Assembly: GCA_964016885.1 (NCBI GenBank)
Contig: OZ024743.1
Location: 329,220,001 to 329,284,000 of the forward strand
Direction of reading: 5' to 3'
Length of the DNA: 64,000 nt
From: Eledone cirrhosa
Lineage: Eukaryota
Positions 52,291 through 64,000 of this stretch are shown piece by piece. Numbering within the stretch: position 1 is the stretch's first letter; the number at the start of each line of letters is the position of its first letter. The translations under genes were made by a program, and so were the position numbers. The notes beneath the pieces were generated by a model, which ran no database searches, was not told the origin of the DNA, and saw only the letters and a list, made by a program, of their open reading frames with translations.

Positions 52291-52620
52291 AGACACAATA
52301 GAAACAGAGATAATCATTCCTTATCATGTGATAATTTACAATTTTAGTTCCTCTCACGAGTGTTAGTGAACTTTTAAATAATTCTAAGAAATATGACATG
52401 ACTAATATTTTACTGCTTTCAAGGAAAAGAAATTTAACAGAAAATATCAACTTGACTCTACTAAGTTATTGCTGTCAGTATTTCAAAAACACATGACCCT
52501 GAAATCGATACACACGCGCGCATACATACATATATATGTATATATATATATATATATGATAGATTATATATATATATATGTATGTGTGCGTTTGTGACTA
52601 TATATATATATATTTGTGAC

Positions 52621-52699
<79 letters not shown>

Positions 52700-52704
<5 letters not shown>

Positions 52705-53065
52705 TGTATTACGTATACATACTTATATTTAAGTAACAGCCGTACTAAGAGTGAGAAATGAAATTTTGTTTCATTTTTTCCGTTTATCGTTTTCGGTACC
52801 CCGGCCGATTAACTCACTATATATATGCTCAGTCGTTAATATGCATAAGGAAAGTTTATACTTTCAGACGTTCAACCATCTGGCAGGAAGGTATACGTTG
52901 CTGACGATAGCTAATAAGCTTGAAACTAGTACAGCGTTCCTTTGTCAGTGTTGAACAAATGAGCAACGATGGTTGCTAGACACTGTACGGCTTAATTCGG
53001 GATGTTTGTTTACAAACACACCGAGCATTATAATAAATGTTCGGTGAATCCATGCGTACATATAT
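52700..53065 (+). mobile_element. Family-A2 hammerhead unit, interrupted at 53065 and resuming at 56721-56805
   Basis: Matches 30585-30960; the continuation (30959-31040) is found after 56720. Confidence 0.8.
52895..52937 (+). ncRNA. Minimal type-I hammerhead ribozyme (family A2)
   Basis: Identical to 30792-30834. Confidence 0.82.
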
Positions 53066-53136
53066 ATAAAGTAGAGCCGCGCTGTACTGTCGTAAACAGA
53101 CGATGTTTACGACAGTACAGCGCGGCTCTACTTTAT
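53066..53136. repeat. Perfect hairpin with 33-bp arms and 5-nt loop
   Basis: ataaagtagagccgcgctgtactgtcgtaaaca-gacga-tgtttacgacagtacagcgcggctctactttat. Confidence 0.92.
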
Positions 53137-53851
53137 TTAACTGAGATAAAACTTATATGAGCATGAACAGTAGATCATTACGCATCTTTTGGCTTAAAAA
53201 TCTAGAAATTTGGTCCAGCGGGAAAAAGTTTATAAGCAAAGTTTGCTGATAAATCTTGTGTTCAAGTGAGTAGTAAGCGTGACGCTAGGGGAGGTAATCC
53301 AGAAATGACTAATTTTTTTCGGCGGAACTCTTGTGATTGTGATTACGTTAGTCAAATCGCCGAATCCCCTCCTCCTAATTGACTACGTCATTTCTGAACG
53401 GCCCTACTTGCGTCAGTGTGAAACGTTACTTCACTTTTCACTGCTAAAATGCTTTTTAAATACTTCGTTAAAAATTTATGTTTATTATCAAAGCTATTTT
53501 TTGTACCAATCTATCAATAGTTTGCGAAAATATAGGTAAACATGTGAGTTAAATTTTTTTTAATCGCATCGATCGCTTTGTCGCACCGACTGTGACACTG
53601 TCTGACTGTCTGTCTGACTGACACCTTTGTCGGACCGACACCTTTGTTCAAGCGGACAACTTTGTGTCACTGACACCTTTGTTCGTGCCGGCATCTCTGC
53701 GAAACACCGATGACAACAACCAGACCAAAATTTCACTTCATTCTTCATTCTTCTTCAAGACCGATCGCCGACCGATCGTATCGGTTGCTCTTCATATACC
53801 AGGTATTCAACAGATAGTTTGCACTTCTAGTATTATTAACAGTCGTGCGAT

Positions 53852-54016
53852 TTTTTGTACCGATAGGTGCGAATAGTGCGCTATATTTTTGTACCGATAG
53901 GTGCGAATAGTGCGCTATATTTTTGTACCGATAGGTGCGAATAGTGCGCTATATTTTTGTACCGATAGGTGCGAATAGTGCGATAGGTGCGAATAGTGCG
54001 ATAGGTGCGAATAGTG
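53852..54016. repeat. 34-bp tandem repeat, four copies, plus two 18-bp subunits
   Basis: tttttgtaccgataggtgcgaatagtgcgctata. Confidence 0.9.
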
Positions 54017-54063
54017 TACAATATTTTCTGAGATTTGCATCCACTAATTTCGCTTAATTAAAA

Positions 54064-54860
54064 ATGATGTTTCGCGGCTTTTTGATCGGCTTATTCATTT
54101 TTTCCATGGCACGGAAATGGAGTATTTCCATTTCGAATCAAAACTTTTCCCTAAAATCGGGCAATTGGACTGATCAAATTCACATTCATGCCAGTTTTTA
54201 CAAATCCATAATTAGAAATGTGGCGAAATCGAATGACCAGAAGGTATAAAAATATTAATTCAAATGTATTTACTTATCATACCAACAAAAATACTTAGAT
54301 ATGTTGTATACCTGGGGGCCCGTCAGGGCCAGGTAATGTTAATCGCCAACATTGTTATCTGTTGTCCTTTTGTGAAAGTATTGGTGGTTCATGTCGGCTC
54401 TAATGATCTGAATCCTCGTCGCACCGTTGGCACTACAAAGCTGTGCAAAGTAATACAATAATTTTTTCCCAAGTATTTTTTATTAATCATTTATTTGTAA
54501 ATTAAGGACAAAGTGCCCATTCGAGGCACAAAACCGGAAAAACAGGGGAAGAGTCTCTTTGCAAGGCTACAGAAAATAGCAGAAAAGCACCACTGTAAAC
54601 CCATTTTCTACAGTGGTGTCATTCCACGTCCACAAAGTGTAATTGAAAATAAAAATGACTTGGGCAAGAGAAATTCTCGTTTGGAAAAGTTTAATTACTG
54701 CATGAAAGAAATGATTCAAAAATTGAACTTTCCCAATCTTCACAACATTGAAAATGGGTCAAAATTTGACAAATCTGACTTCAAACCAGATATGATTCAT
54801 TTGAACAATGTTGGAAATCTTAAATTGACACAAATTTTTGCCAATGTTTTTGCCACCTGA
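54064..54860 (+). pseudogene. Three-exon SGNH/GDSL hydrolase-like gene (exons ~54064-54243, 54299-54449, 54507-54860) with an apparent +1 frameshift in the G run near 54314
   Basis: Block I-like xxSIIRNV, block II CCIPG(A), block III VVHVGSND, SGVIPR, block V DMIHLN..G; GT-AG introns of 55 and 57 nt, both phase 0; AATAAA at 54898. Confidence 0.72.
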
Positions 54861-55040
54861 TCCTTGTCCTATGGCTGACTGAATAATTTTGTGACTTAAT
54901 AAAATGTCATCATACTAGTAATGCACAATGATCATTTTTAAATTTAAATTTTATTAAATAGTTGTTGCTTGCATTGCCTTAAAATAGTAACAAGAATGTA
55001 AACATACTTTTTAAAAATACATCATTATCAGTCAAATCAG

Positions 55041-55401
55041 TCAAATGTCACTAAAAGCCAGGTGGTCTATAACAACTTCTATAAGATTAGTTACATGCTC
55101 ACACATTGGATCACCTCTCATCAATGGCATTGGATGTCTGAGATAATCGTGGAGATAACTGATGAAGTCACAAATGAAGTGATGGTCTTCCAGTGTGAAC
55201 AACTCCCTATAGCCATTGATATATGTGATGGCTTCCGATTCATAGGTGCATTTTATGAGGAATTCCATGCATCCGATTTTCAGTGATTCAATGGGCATTT
55301 TATCAGAGATGATAAGGTATTTGACCACGTTTTGCTTTGTAAGTAAATTGGAGAGAATCACTGCAGTCAAAGTCATTTCTTTGCATGGGTGTTTGTCCAT
55401 T
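55041..55401 (-). CDS. Probable terminal exon of a BTB C-terminal/BACK-like helical protein
   Basis: SNLLTKQNVVKYLIISDKMPIESLKIGCMEFL resembles the BTB-BACK junction pattern; preceded on minus by tttttag; AATAAA on minus at ~54950. Confidence 0.45.
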
Positions 55402-55673
55402 CTAAAAAGTTAAAATGATAAAGTATTACTACTATATAACTTACATCTATTGTTGTAAAATCATTGAAATGCACAAGTTTCACCAATTCACTATTATGCA
55501 CTAATCATCTCAAATGCATTCATGATTTACTAGCTTTGTCATTAAGCCAGTTGCCTCAACTAGATTGCAATTATACTCAAAAGAACTTTAAAATGTCAAT
55601 CACTTGTCAGTAATTCACTATGATCATTTAATTATTAGATAGTTGTTGCTTGCATTGCCTTAAAAAATAGTAG

Positions 55674-56720
55674 ACCAGATAGAAAAATGCGTACAACAAA
55701 AAAAAGTAATATTGGACAAGAAACTAAAATACAGGACAAGTAACTAAAATAAAACTTTAAAAGAATAGGACAAGAAACTAAGATAAACCTTTAAAAGAAT
55801 AGGATAAGAAACTAAGATAAAACTTTAAAGAATTGGACAAGAAATAAAAAATTTTACAATAATATTAGTGGCAAAATTTTTTTATTTTTTCCTGTGCTAT
55901 GTATGCCCCAGTATCTTCTTGATTAGTGCATAATAATTGTCATGCTCTCATTGTGCGTTGCCCCTGAGCGGTTGGTTCTGGTTGGGGTTGGTTGGCTGAG
56001 AGGTTCTGCTCCGTCAGAATGACCATTGCAAGAAGAATTTGCCGATGCAGCTGCAGGTCTCCTCCAAGAATGCACTTCTGGTCCCGCAACACCAGACGAA
56101 GATGGAGAAGACGACCGGGACAAGATGTCGACTCTGACCACCGACTACGGCACCTCCCTCAACCACCGGTCCTCCCTCCCTCTGTCCCGTCATCCCTCCA
56201 GTCCTCCTGCTCCCCCTTCCTGTACCAGAAAGCTGTGGCACGCATTCATCTGGACTGCCGGACTTGAACTCAAGGACAAGATGCAAGGAGAAGAAGGACG
56301 AGTTGGTCAAGATCAAGGATGAGCGGGACGACAAGACCGTCCGCTGCTGCTCAAGATCTGTGATCATGGGTCCATTCACATTATGCATGACACATGAGGC
56401 GTGTCGCCGAATGATGAAATAGGGGTATGGTTATGGCCCAATTGGTGTTCAAACCAGGATCAAATGATCCCCCGGTCTGACGACGACCTCTGAATATGGA
56501 ACCCAGAGCCTATGAATGTGGAACTCGATTTTTTACCAATAAAATTTTGCCACTAATATTATTGTAAAATTTTTTATTTCTTGTCCAATTCTTTAAAGTT
56601 TTATCTTAGTTTCTTGTCCTATTCTTTTAAAGTTTTATTTTAGTTTCTTGTCCTGTATTTTTAAAGGTTTATATTCCAACAATATTACTTTTTTTTGCTG
56701 TACGCATTTTTCTATCTGGT
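55674..56720. repeat. ~200-bp inverted repeats with internal subrepeats enclosing a GC-richer ~660-bp core
   Basis: 55674-55880 (accagatagaaaaatgcgtaca...ggcaaaatttt) against 56541-56720. Confidence 0.88.
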
Positions 56721-56801
56721 ATATATATGTGTGCATGTATGTATATATATATACATACTACTGTACGTCTGTATACATATATGTATGAACGTATACATAC
56801 T

Positions 56802-56915
<114 letters not shown>

Positions 56916-57132
56916 AGAGACTATATTTATATATATTATTTAGAAAGTGAGGTTTTTTTACAAAATGAAAAAAAAACGAGGTGTCCTACACGAGTGAAAA
57001 TATAAGGAAAGAAGATGAAATCGAAAATGCAGCTGGAGTCTTTTTTTTTTTAAATATATTTATTTGGCTCCTTTACCGGTTTCGCAGTTCTTGTGTTTTC
57101 AAAAGTAGAATTAAGATGGAGGGTTTGTGGTT

Positions 57133-57193
<61 letters not shown>

Positions 57194-57260
57194 TTTATAT
57201 ATATACATATTATATGTAAGTATGTATATATATATATATATATATACACGAGTGTGTTTA

Positions 57261-57377
<117 letters not shown>

Positions 57378-57813
57378 ATGTCTCTCTGTCTCTCTTTCTC
57401 TCTCTCTCTCTCTATATATACACATATATGGGTGTTGGTGTGTGTTTATATGTATATATATACACACGGCTAAACGAGACTACTTATTTTGAACAAATAA
57501 CCAATCTTATTTCACTGGATGTTCGGTAATTGCGGAGACCGCAGTTCTGTTATTCCCTTATTCTAAGTTATCAACGTTTAAACATAGAATATAGCGACAG
57601 TTTGTCGCGCTTTCATAACTAAAGATGTTTTCAATGCAACTCTATAGCTTACATGTATTAAAACTAGGTCCTTTAACATCTTTTTATAACATAAATTACA
57701 AAAAGACGCAAGAAATAAATGTAGAATAATTGTTTTACAGAGGCGTCCCTGTGACTTATGATATATAGTTATATAAATTTAAAATGTGTGCGTCCCAACG
57801 CAAATTACCATAA

Positions 57814-58198
57814 TAATTGTTTGTACTTTTGGCACAAGCCCAGTACATTACTGGTACTTTATCTTATCCACCCCGTAAGGATGAAATGCAAAGTTAACCT
57901 CGGTGGGATTTGAACTCAGAATGGCAAGGGCCGTAACTCTATGCGTCAAAGCATGGCTTCAGACCCTCTACCGTAACTGCCTATCCACCATGATAATAAT
58001 CTTTAATGAGTGGATTGGTAGTATCGGTAGAGCGTCAGACACCATACTTTGCAACATAGAGTTATGGTCCTTTAAGATCTGAGTTCAAATCCCGCCGAGG
58101 TTAGCTTTGCCTTTCAACATTACGGGGTCGATAAAATAAAGTACCAGTAATGCACTGGGGGAAAATTGCTGGCCTTGTACCAAAAGAAGAAACAATTA
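57814..58198. mobile_element. Head-to-head pair of tRNA-derived SINEs
   Basis: 57814-57989 (-) and 58009-58198 (+); ataatctttaa duplicated around the second copy. Confidence 0.85.
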
Positions 58199-59204
58199 TA
58201 ATAATCTTTAAGAAAATCTGATCAAGTAATCCTGGAGACAGAAATACAATAGATTAAGGTATCCCTGTGTTGTGTTTCAAGAATCGGTAGTGGAGGCGTG
58301 TTGCTGAGTGGTTACACAATTGGATTCGCAATCGTGAGGTTGTGAGTTTGATTCCCGGACCGGCCCATACGTTATGTCCTTGAGCAAGGCACTTTATTTC
58401 ACGTTGCTCCTTCTACCTAGAGTTGCGATAGTATTAGAAATTGGAAAGACCTACGGAAACATTGTTTCCTCGGTCCGATTTGACGAAAGTCGATCGTTCC
58501 TTAGATCTTTTAAAACTAGTTTCTCTTTTGAAAACTACTTCGTGAAATACTGAGACATAACTTAAGGGCGGAAGATTTCAATTTTAATAGATATTTTAAG
58601 AAGCAAGGGGCAAGTTTGAATCTTGTAAATTGTTCGTCTCCAGGAGTACTTTACCCAATTTTCTCAACTGTTATTTAAAGTTATCGGCTATTATTATGGA
58701 TATATACATTGTCTAGAAAGTCTAAAGTCTGTTTCCAGCACGGAGGTTCATCGGGAGGGTGCTAAATCCGGTTTCCGTGGCGATAAGCGACTGGGAGTAG
58801 AAGAATCCTCTCTAGACAGGATGCCAGTCCATCGCAGGATTAAATTCCCAGCTATTGCAGGTACTCATTTTCAGTTGAGTATACTGGAGCAACGTGAAAT
58901 GAAGTGTTTTACTCAAGAACACAAGACACAACCCAGTCCAGGAATCGTTTTCGTTACGTATATACAAATGTTTTATTTTAATTAAGTATAAAGTCGTACA
59001 GTTTGTATTCAACACTGTTGATATATTATATACACAGATAATATATATATACCGTTTCTCTGGGACTTACATCGGTTTCCACGAGGAGCGTTCCAGTTGT
59101 TTGATTAATGAAAACAAACTGCAACTGAATTTAGCGTGCAAGTGGCTGAGCATTCCACAAATATATGCTTGACAAGACCTCAATTTTGCTCAAGGACAAA
59201 ATGC

Positions 59205-62200
59205 GACTATTGAAAATAGTCCAGGTGTGGTAAGGTGGTAGAATTAATAAATATAGCCCAGGTGTGGTAGGTCTGAGAATTATTGAACATAGATCAGGTG
59301 TGGTAAAGTCTGAAAATTATTGAAGGTAGACCGGGTGTGGGAGAATTATTAATGACAGCCCAGGTATTTTTAATTGGGGAGAATTTTCAAAGAAATCCCG
59401 GATGTGGTAAAGTGGGAGAATCATTGAAGATAGTCCAGGTGTGGTAAGGTGGGAGAATTATTGAAGGTAGACCAGGTGTGGTAAGGTGGTAGAATTACTG
59501 AAGGTAGTCCAGGTGTGGTAAGGTGGGAGAATTACTGAAGGTAGACCAGGTGTGGTAAGGTGGGAGAATTACTGAAGGTGGACCAGGTGTGGTAAGGTGG
59601 GAGAATTATTGAAGGTAGACCAGGTGTGGTAAGGTGGGAGAATTACTGAAGGTAGACCAGGTGTGGTAAGGTGGGAGAATTACTGAAGGTGGACCAGGTG
59701 TGGTAAGGTGGGAGAATTATTGAAGGTAGACCAGGTGTGGTAAGGTGGGAGAAATACTGAAGGTAGTCCAGGTGTGGTAAGGTGGGAGAATTACTGAAGG
59801 TAGTCCAGGTGTGGTAAGGTGGGAGAATTACTGAAGATAGTCCAGGTGTGGTAAGGTGGGAGAATTACTGAAGGTAGTCCAGGTGTGGTAAGGTGGGAGA
59901 ATTACTGAAGGTAGTCCAGGTGTGGTAAGGTGGGAGAATTACTGAAGGTAGTCCAGGTGTGGTAAGGTGGGAGAATTACTGAAGGTAGTCCAGGTGTGGT
60001 AAGGTGGGAGAATTACTGAAGATAGTCCAGGTGTGGTAAGGTGGGAGAATTACTGAAGGTAGTCCAGGTGTGGTAAGGTGGGAGAATTACTGAAGGTAGT
60101 CCAGGTGTGGTAAGGTGGGAGAATTACTGAAGGTAGTCCAGGTGTGGTAACGTGGGAGAATTACTGAAGATAGTCCAGGTGTGGTAAGGTGGGAGAATTA
60201 CTGAAGGTAGTCCAGGTGTGGTTAAGTGGGAGAATTACTGAAGATAGTCCAGGTGTGGTAAGGTGGGAGAATTACTGAAGGTAGACCAGGTGTGGTAAGG
60301 TGGGAGAATTACTGAAGATAGTCCAGGTGTGGTAAGGTGGGAGAATTACTGAAGGTAGACCAGGTGTGGTAAGGTGGGAGAATTACTGAAGGTAGACCAG
60401 GTGTGGTAAGGTGGGAGAATTACTGAAGGTAGTCCAGGTGTGGTAAGGTGGGAGAATTACTGAAGGTAGACCAGGTGTGGTAAGGTGGGAGAATTACTGA
60501 AGGTGGACCAGGTGTGGTTAAGGGGGAGAATTACTGAAGGTAGTCCAGGTGTGGTTAAGTGGGAGAATTATTGAAGATAGTCCAGGTGTGGTAAGGTGGT
60601 AGAATTACTGAAGGTAGTCCAGGTGTGGTAAGGGGGGAGAATTACCGAAGGTAGTCCAGGTGTGGTAAGGTGGGAGAATTACTGAAGGTAGTCCAGGTGT
60701 GGTAAGGTGGGAGAATTATTGAAGATAGTCCAGGTGTGGTAAGGTGGGAGAATTACTGAAGGTAGACCAGGTGTGGTAAGGTGGGAGAATTACTGAAGGT
60801 AGACCAGGTGTGGTAAGGTGGGAGAATTACTGAAGGTAGTCCAGGTGTGGTAAGGTGGGAGAATTACTGAAGGTAGACCAGGTGTGGTAAGGTGGGAGAA
60901 TTACTGAAGGTAGTCCAGGTATGGTTAAGTGGGAGAATTACTGAAGGTAGACCAGGTGTGGTTAAGTGGGAGAATTATTGAAGATAGTCCAGGTGTGGTA
61001 AGGTGGGAGAATTACTGAAGGTAGACCAGGTGTGGTAAGGTGGGAGAATTACTGAAGGTAGTCCAGGTGTGGTAAGGTGGGAGAATTACTGAAGGTAGTC
61101 CAGGTGTGGTAAGGTGGGAGAATTACTGAAGGTAGACCAGGTGTGGTAAGGTGGGAGAATTACTGAAGGTAGTCCAGGTGTGGTTAAGTGGGAGAATTAC
61201 TGAAGGTAGACCAGGTGTGGTAAGGTGGGAGAATTACTGAAGGTAGTCCAGGTGTGGTTAAGTGGGAGAATTACTGAAGGTAGTCCAGGTGTGTTAAGGT
61301 GGGAGAATTACTGAAGGTAGACCAGGTGTGGTAAGGTGGGAGAATTATTGAAGGTAGTCCAGGTGTGGTAAGGTGGGAGAATTAGTGAAGGTAGACCAGG
61401 TGTGGTAAGGTGGGAGAATTGCTGAAGGTAGTCCAGGTGTGGTAAGGTGGGAGAATTACTGAAGGTAGTCCAGGTGTGGTAAGGTGGGAGAATTACTGAA
61501 GGTAGTCCAGGTGTGGTAAGGTGGGAGAATTACTGAAGGTGGACCAGGTGTGGTAAGGTGGGAGAATTACTGAAGGCAGACCAGATGTGGTAAGGTGGGA
61601 GAATTACTGAAGGTAGTCCAGGTGTGGTAAGGTGGGAGAATTACTGAAGGTAGTCCAGGTGTGGTAAGGTGGGAGAATTACTGAAGGTGGACCGGGTGTG
61701 GTAAGGTGGGAGAATTACTGAAGGTAGACCAGGTGTGGTAAGGTGGGAGAATTACTGAAGGTAGTCCAGGTGTGGTTAAGGGGGAGAATTACTGAAGATG
61801 GACCAGGTGTGGTAAGGTGGGAGAATTACTGAAGGTGGACCAGGTGTGGTAAGGTGGGAGAATTACTGAAGGTAGACCAGGTGTGGTAAGGTGGGAGAAT
61901 TACTGAAGGTGGACCAGGTGTGGTAAGGTGGGAGAATTACTGAAGGTAGACCAGGTGTGGTAAGGTGGGAGAATTACTGAAGGTAGTCCAGGTGTGGTTA
62001 AGGGGGAGAATTACTGAAGATGGACCAGGTGTGGTAAGGTGGGAGAATTACTGAAGGTAGTCCAGGTGTGGTAAGGTGGGAGAATTACTGAAGGTAGTCC
62101 AGGTGTGGTAAGGTGGGAGAATTACTGAAGGTGGACCAGGTGTAGTAAGGTGGGAGAATTACTGAAGGTAGTCCAGGTGTGGTAACGTGGGAGAATTACT

Positions 62201-63410
62201 GAAGATAGTCCAGGTGTGGTAAGGTGGGAGAATTACTGAAGGTGGACCAGGTGTGGTAAGGTGGGAGAATTACTGAAGGTAGACCAGGTGTGGTAAGGTG
62301 GGAGAATTACTGAAGGTAGTCCAGGTGTGGTAAGGTGGGAGAATTACTGAAGGTAGACCAGGTGTGGTAAGGTGGGAGAATTACTGAAGGTAGTCCAGGT
62401 GTGGTTAAGTGGGAGAATTACTGAAGGTAGACCAGGTGTGGTTAAGTGGGAGAATTATTGAAGATAGTCCAGGTGTGGTAAGGTGGGAGAATTACTGAAG
62501 GTAGACCAGGTGTGGTAAGGTGGGAGAATTACTGAAGTTAGTCCAGGTGTGGTAAGGTGGGAGAATTACTGAAGGTAGTCCAGGTGTGGTAAGGTGGGAG
62601 AATTACTGAAGGTAGACCAGGTGTGGTAAGGTGGGAGAATTACTGAAGGTAGTCCAGGTGTGGTTAAGTGGGAGAATTACTGAAGGTAGTCCAGGTGTGG
62701 TAAGGTGGGAGAATTACTGAAGGTGGACCAGGTGTGGTTAAGGGGGAGAATTACTGAAGGTGGACCAGGTGTGGTAAGGCGGGAGAATTACTGAAGGTAG
62801 ACCAGGTGTGGTAAGGTGGGAGAATTACTGAAGTTAGTCCAGGACTGGTTAAGGGGGAGAATTACTGAAGGTAGACCAGGTGTGGTTAAGGGGGAGAATT
62901 ACTGAAGGTGGACCAGGTGTGGTAAGGTGGTAGAATTACTGAAGGTAGTCCAGGTGTGGTTAAGGGGGAGAATTACTGAAGATGGAACAGGTGTGGTAAG
63001 GTGGGAGAATTACTGAAGGTAGTCCAGGTGTGGTTAAGGGGGAGAATTACTGAAGGTGGACCAGGTGTGGTTAAGGGGGAGAATTACTGAAGATGGACCA
63101 GGTGTGGTAAGGTGGGAGAATTACTGAAGGTGGACCAGGTGTGGTTAAGGGGGAGAATTACTGAAGGTGGACCAGGTGTGGTTAAGGGGGAGAATTACTG
63201 AAGGTGGACCAGGTGTGGTTAAGGGGGAGAATTACTGAAGATGGACCAGGTGTGGTAAGGTGGGAGAATTACTGAAGGTGGACCAGGTGTGGTTACGGGG
63301 GAGAATTACTGAAGATGGACCAGGTGTGGTTAAGGGGGAGAATTACTGAAGGTGGACCAGGTGTGGTTAAGGGGGAGAATTACTGAAGATGGACCAGGTG
63401 TGGTTAAGGG
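59205..63410. repeat. 37-bp G-rich satellite, about 113 copies
   Basis: aggtgtggtaaggtgggagaattactgaaggtagtcc; period checked at 59881 and 59918. Confidence 0.97.
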
Positions 63411-63611
63411 GGGGGGGGTACACGACTTCAGAAAGACAGTGAGAATAGATTAGAGACAAACAGAAATTCAAAGTGAAGTTTGTAAGACAAAATGAAGAAT
63501 ATTAGTTTCTAATTTGTGAGACAATTGACAATTTGTGGCATTAATAGGGAGAAGATTGGACATTTCTACTATTCTGATAATATCAACAACAAGAATAACA
63601 ACAATAATGCC

Positions 63612-63674
<63 letters not shown>

Positions 63675-63677
<3 letters not shown>

Positions 63678-63857
63678 TGTTTCTACTTTTGGCACAAGGC
63701 CAGCAAATACCCAGTGCATTACTGGTACTTTATTTTATCGACCCCGTAAGGATGAAAGGCAAAGTCAACCTCGGCGGGATTTGAACTCAGATCGTAAAGG
63801 GACGTAACTATGCTGGAAAGCATGGCGTCCGACCCTCTACCGATACTGCCAATCCAC
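63675..63857 (-). mobile_element. tRNA-derived SINE, full length, next to (AAT)n
   Basis: Reverse complement of the SINE family. Confidence 0.85.
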
Positions 63858-64000
63858 AATAATGATAATAAATAATAATAGTAATGTTAATAATAATAAT
63901 AATAATCACCATCATCACCATTACCACTACCATAATCCTTATTATCGTCATCATGAAACCAGCGTTTTAAACCTTCTCATCAACTATATATCTCACCACT

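Larger units (their letters stand above)
53066..56720. mobile_element. Unclassified ~3.65-kb cargo-bearing insert
   Basis: Splits a hammerhead unit at its (AT)n run; hairpin at left end, inverted-repeat module at right end, two gene-like segments, no transposase or RT seen. Confidence 0.65.

Noticed and set aside
53288-53404. Zator-like MITE inside the cargo insert
   Set aside because: Only one end resembles a TIR well and the TSD is unclear
59205-63410. CRISPR array (37-bp repeats)
   Set aside because: Units are contiguous with no unique spacers, there are no cas genes, and the context is eukaryotic

Overview
Eukaryotic, extremely repeat-rich DNA with no host protein-coding gene that I can support. 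The microsatellite density and SINE types suggest an octopus/cephalopod, but that is inference. The window contains: (1) a near-complete Penelope-like element (RT plus C-terminal GIY-YIG) between ~495-bp inverted pseudo-LTRs; (2) at least 14 complete or near-complete minimal type-I hammerhead ribozyme motifs in about five sequence families, carried by short non-coding units next to (TA)n, often in tandem or inverted pairs (retrozyme/PLE-pLTR-like); (3) an (ATGT)n cluster holding an RTE LINE with three C-terminal C2H2-type fingers and its non-autonomous derivatives; (4) a 12-kb (AAT)n cluster holding R4/Dong-type RLE LINEs on + and Tx1/L1-type LINEs on -; (5) many tRNA-derived SINEs, MITEs and LINE fragments; (6) a ~4.2-kb 37-bp satellite; and (7) an unexplained ~3.65-kb insert (53066-56720) that splits a ribozyme unit. 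That insert starts with a 33-bp-arm hairpin, carries a spliced SGNH/GDSL-hydrolase-like gene and a convergent BTB/BACK-like exon, and ends in ~200-bp inverted repeats. All calls were made by eye and boundaries are approximate.
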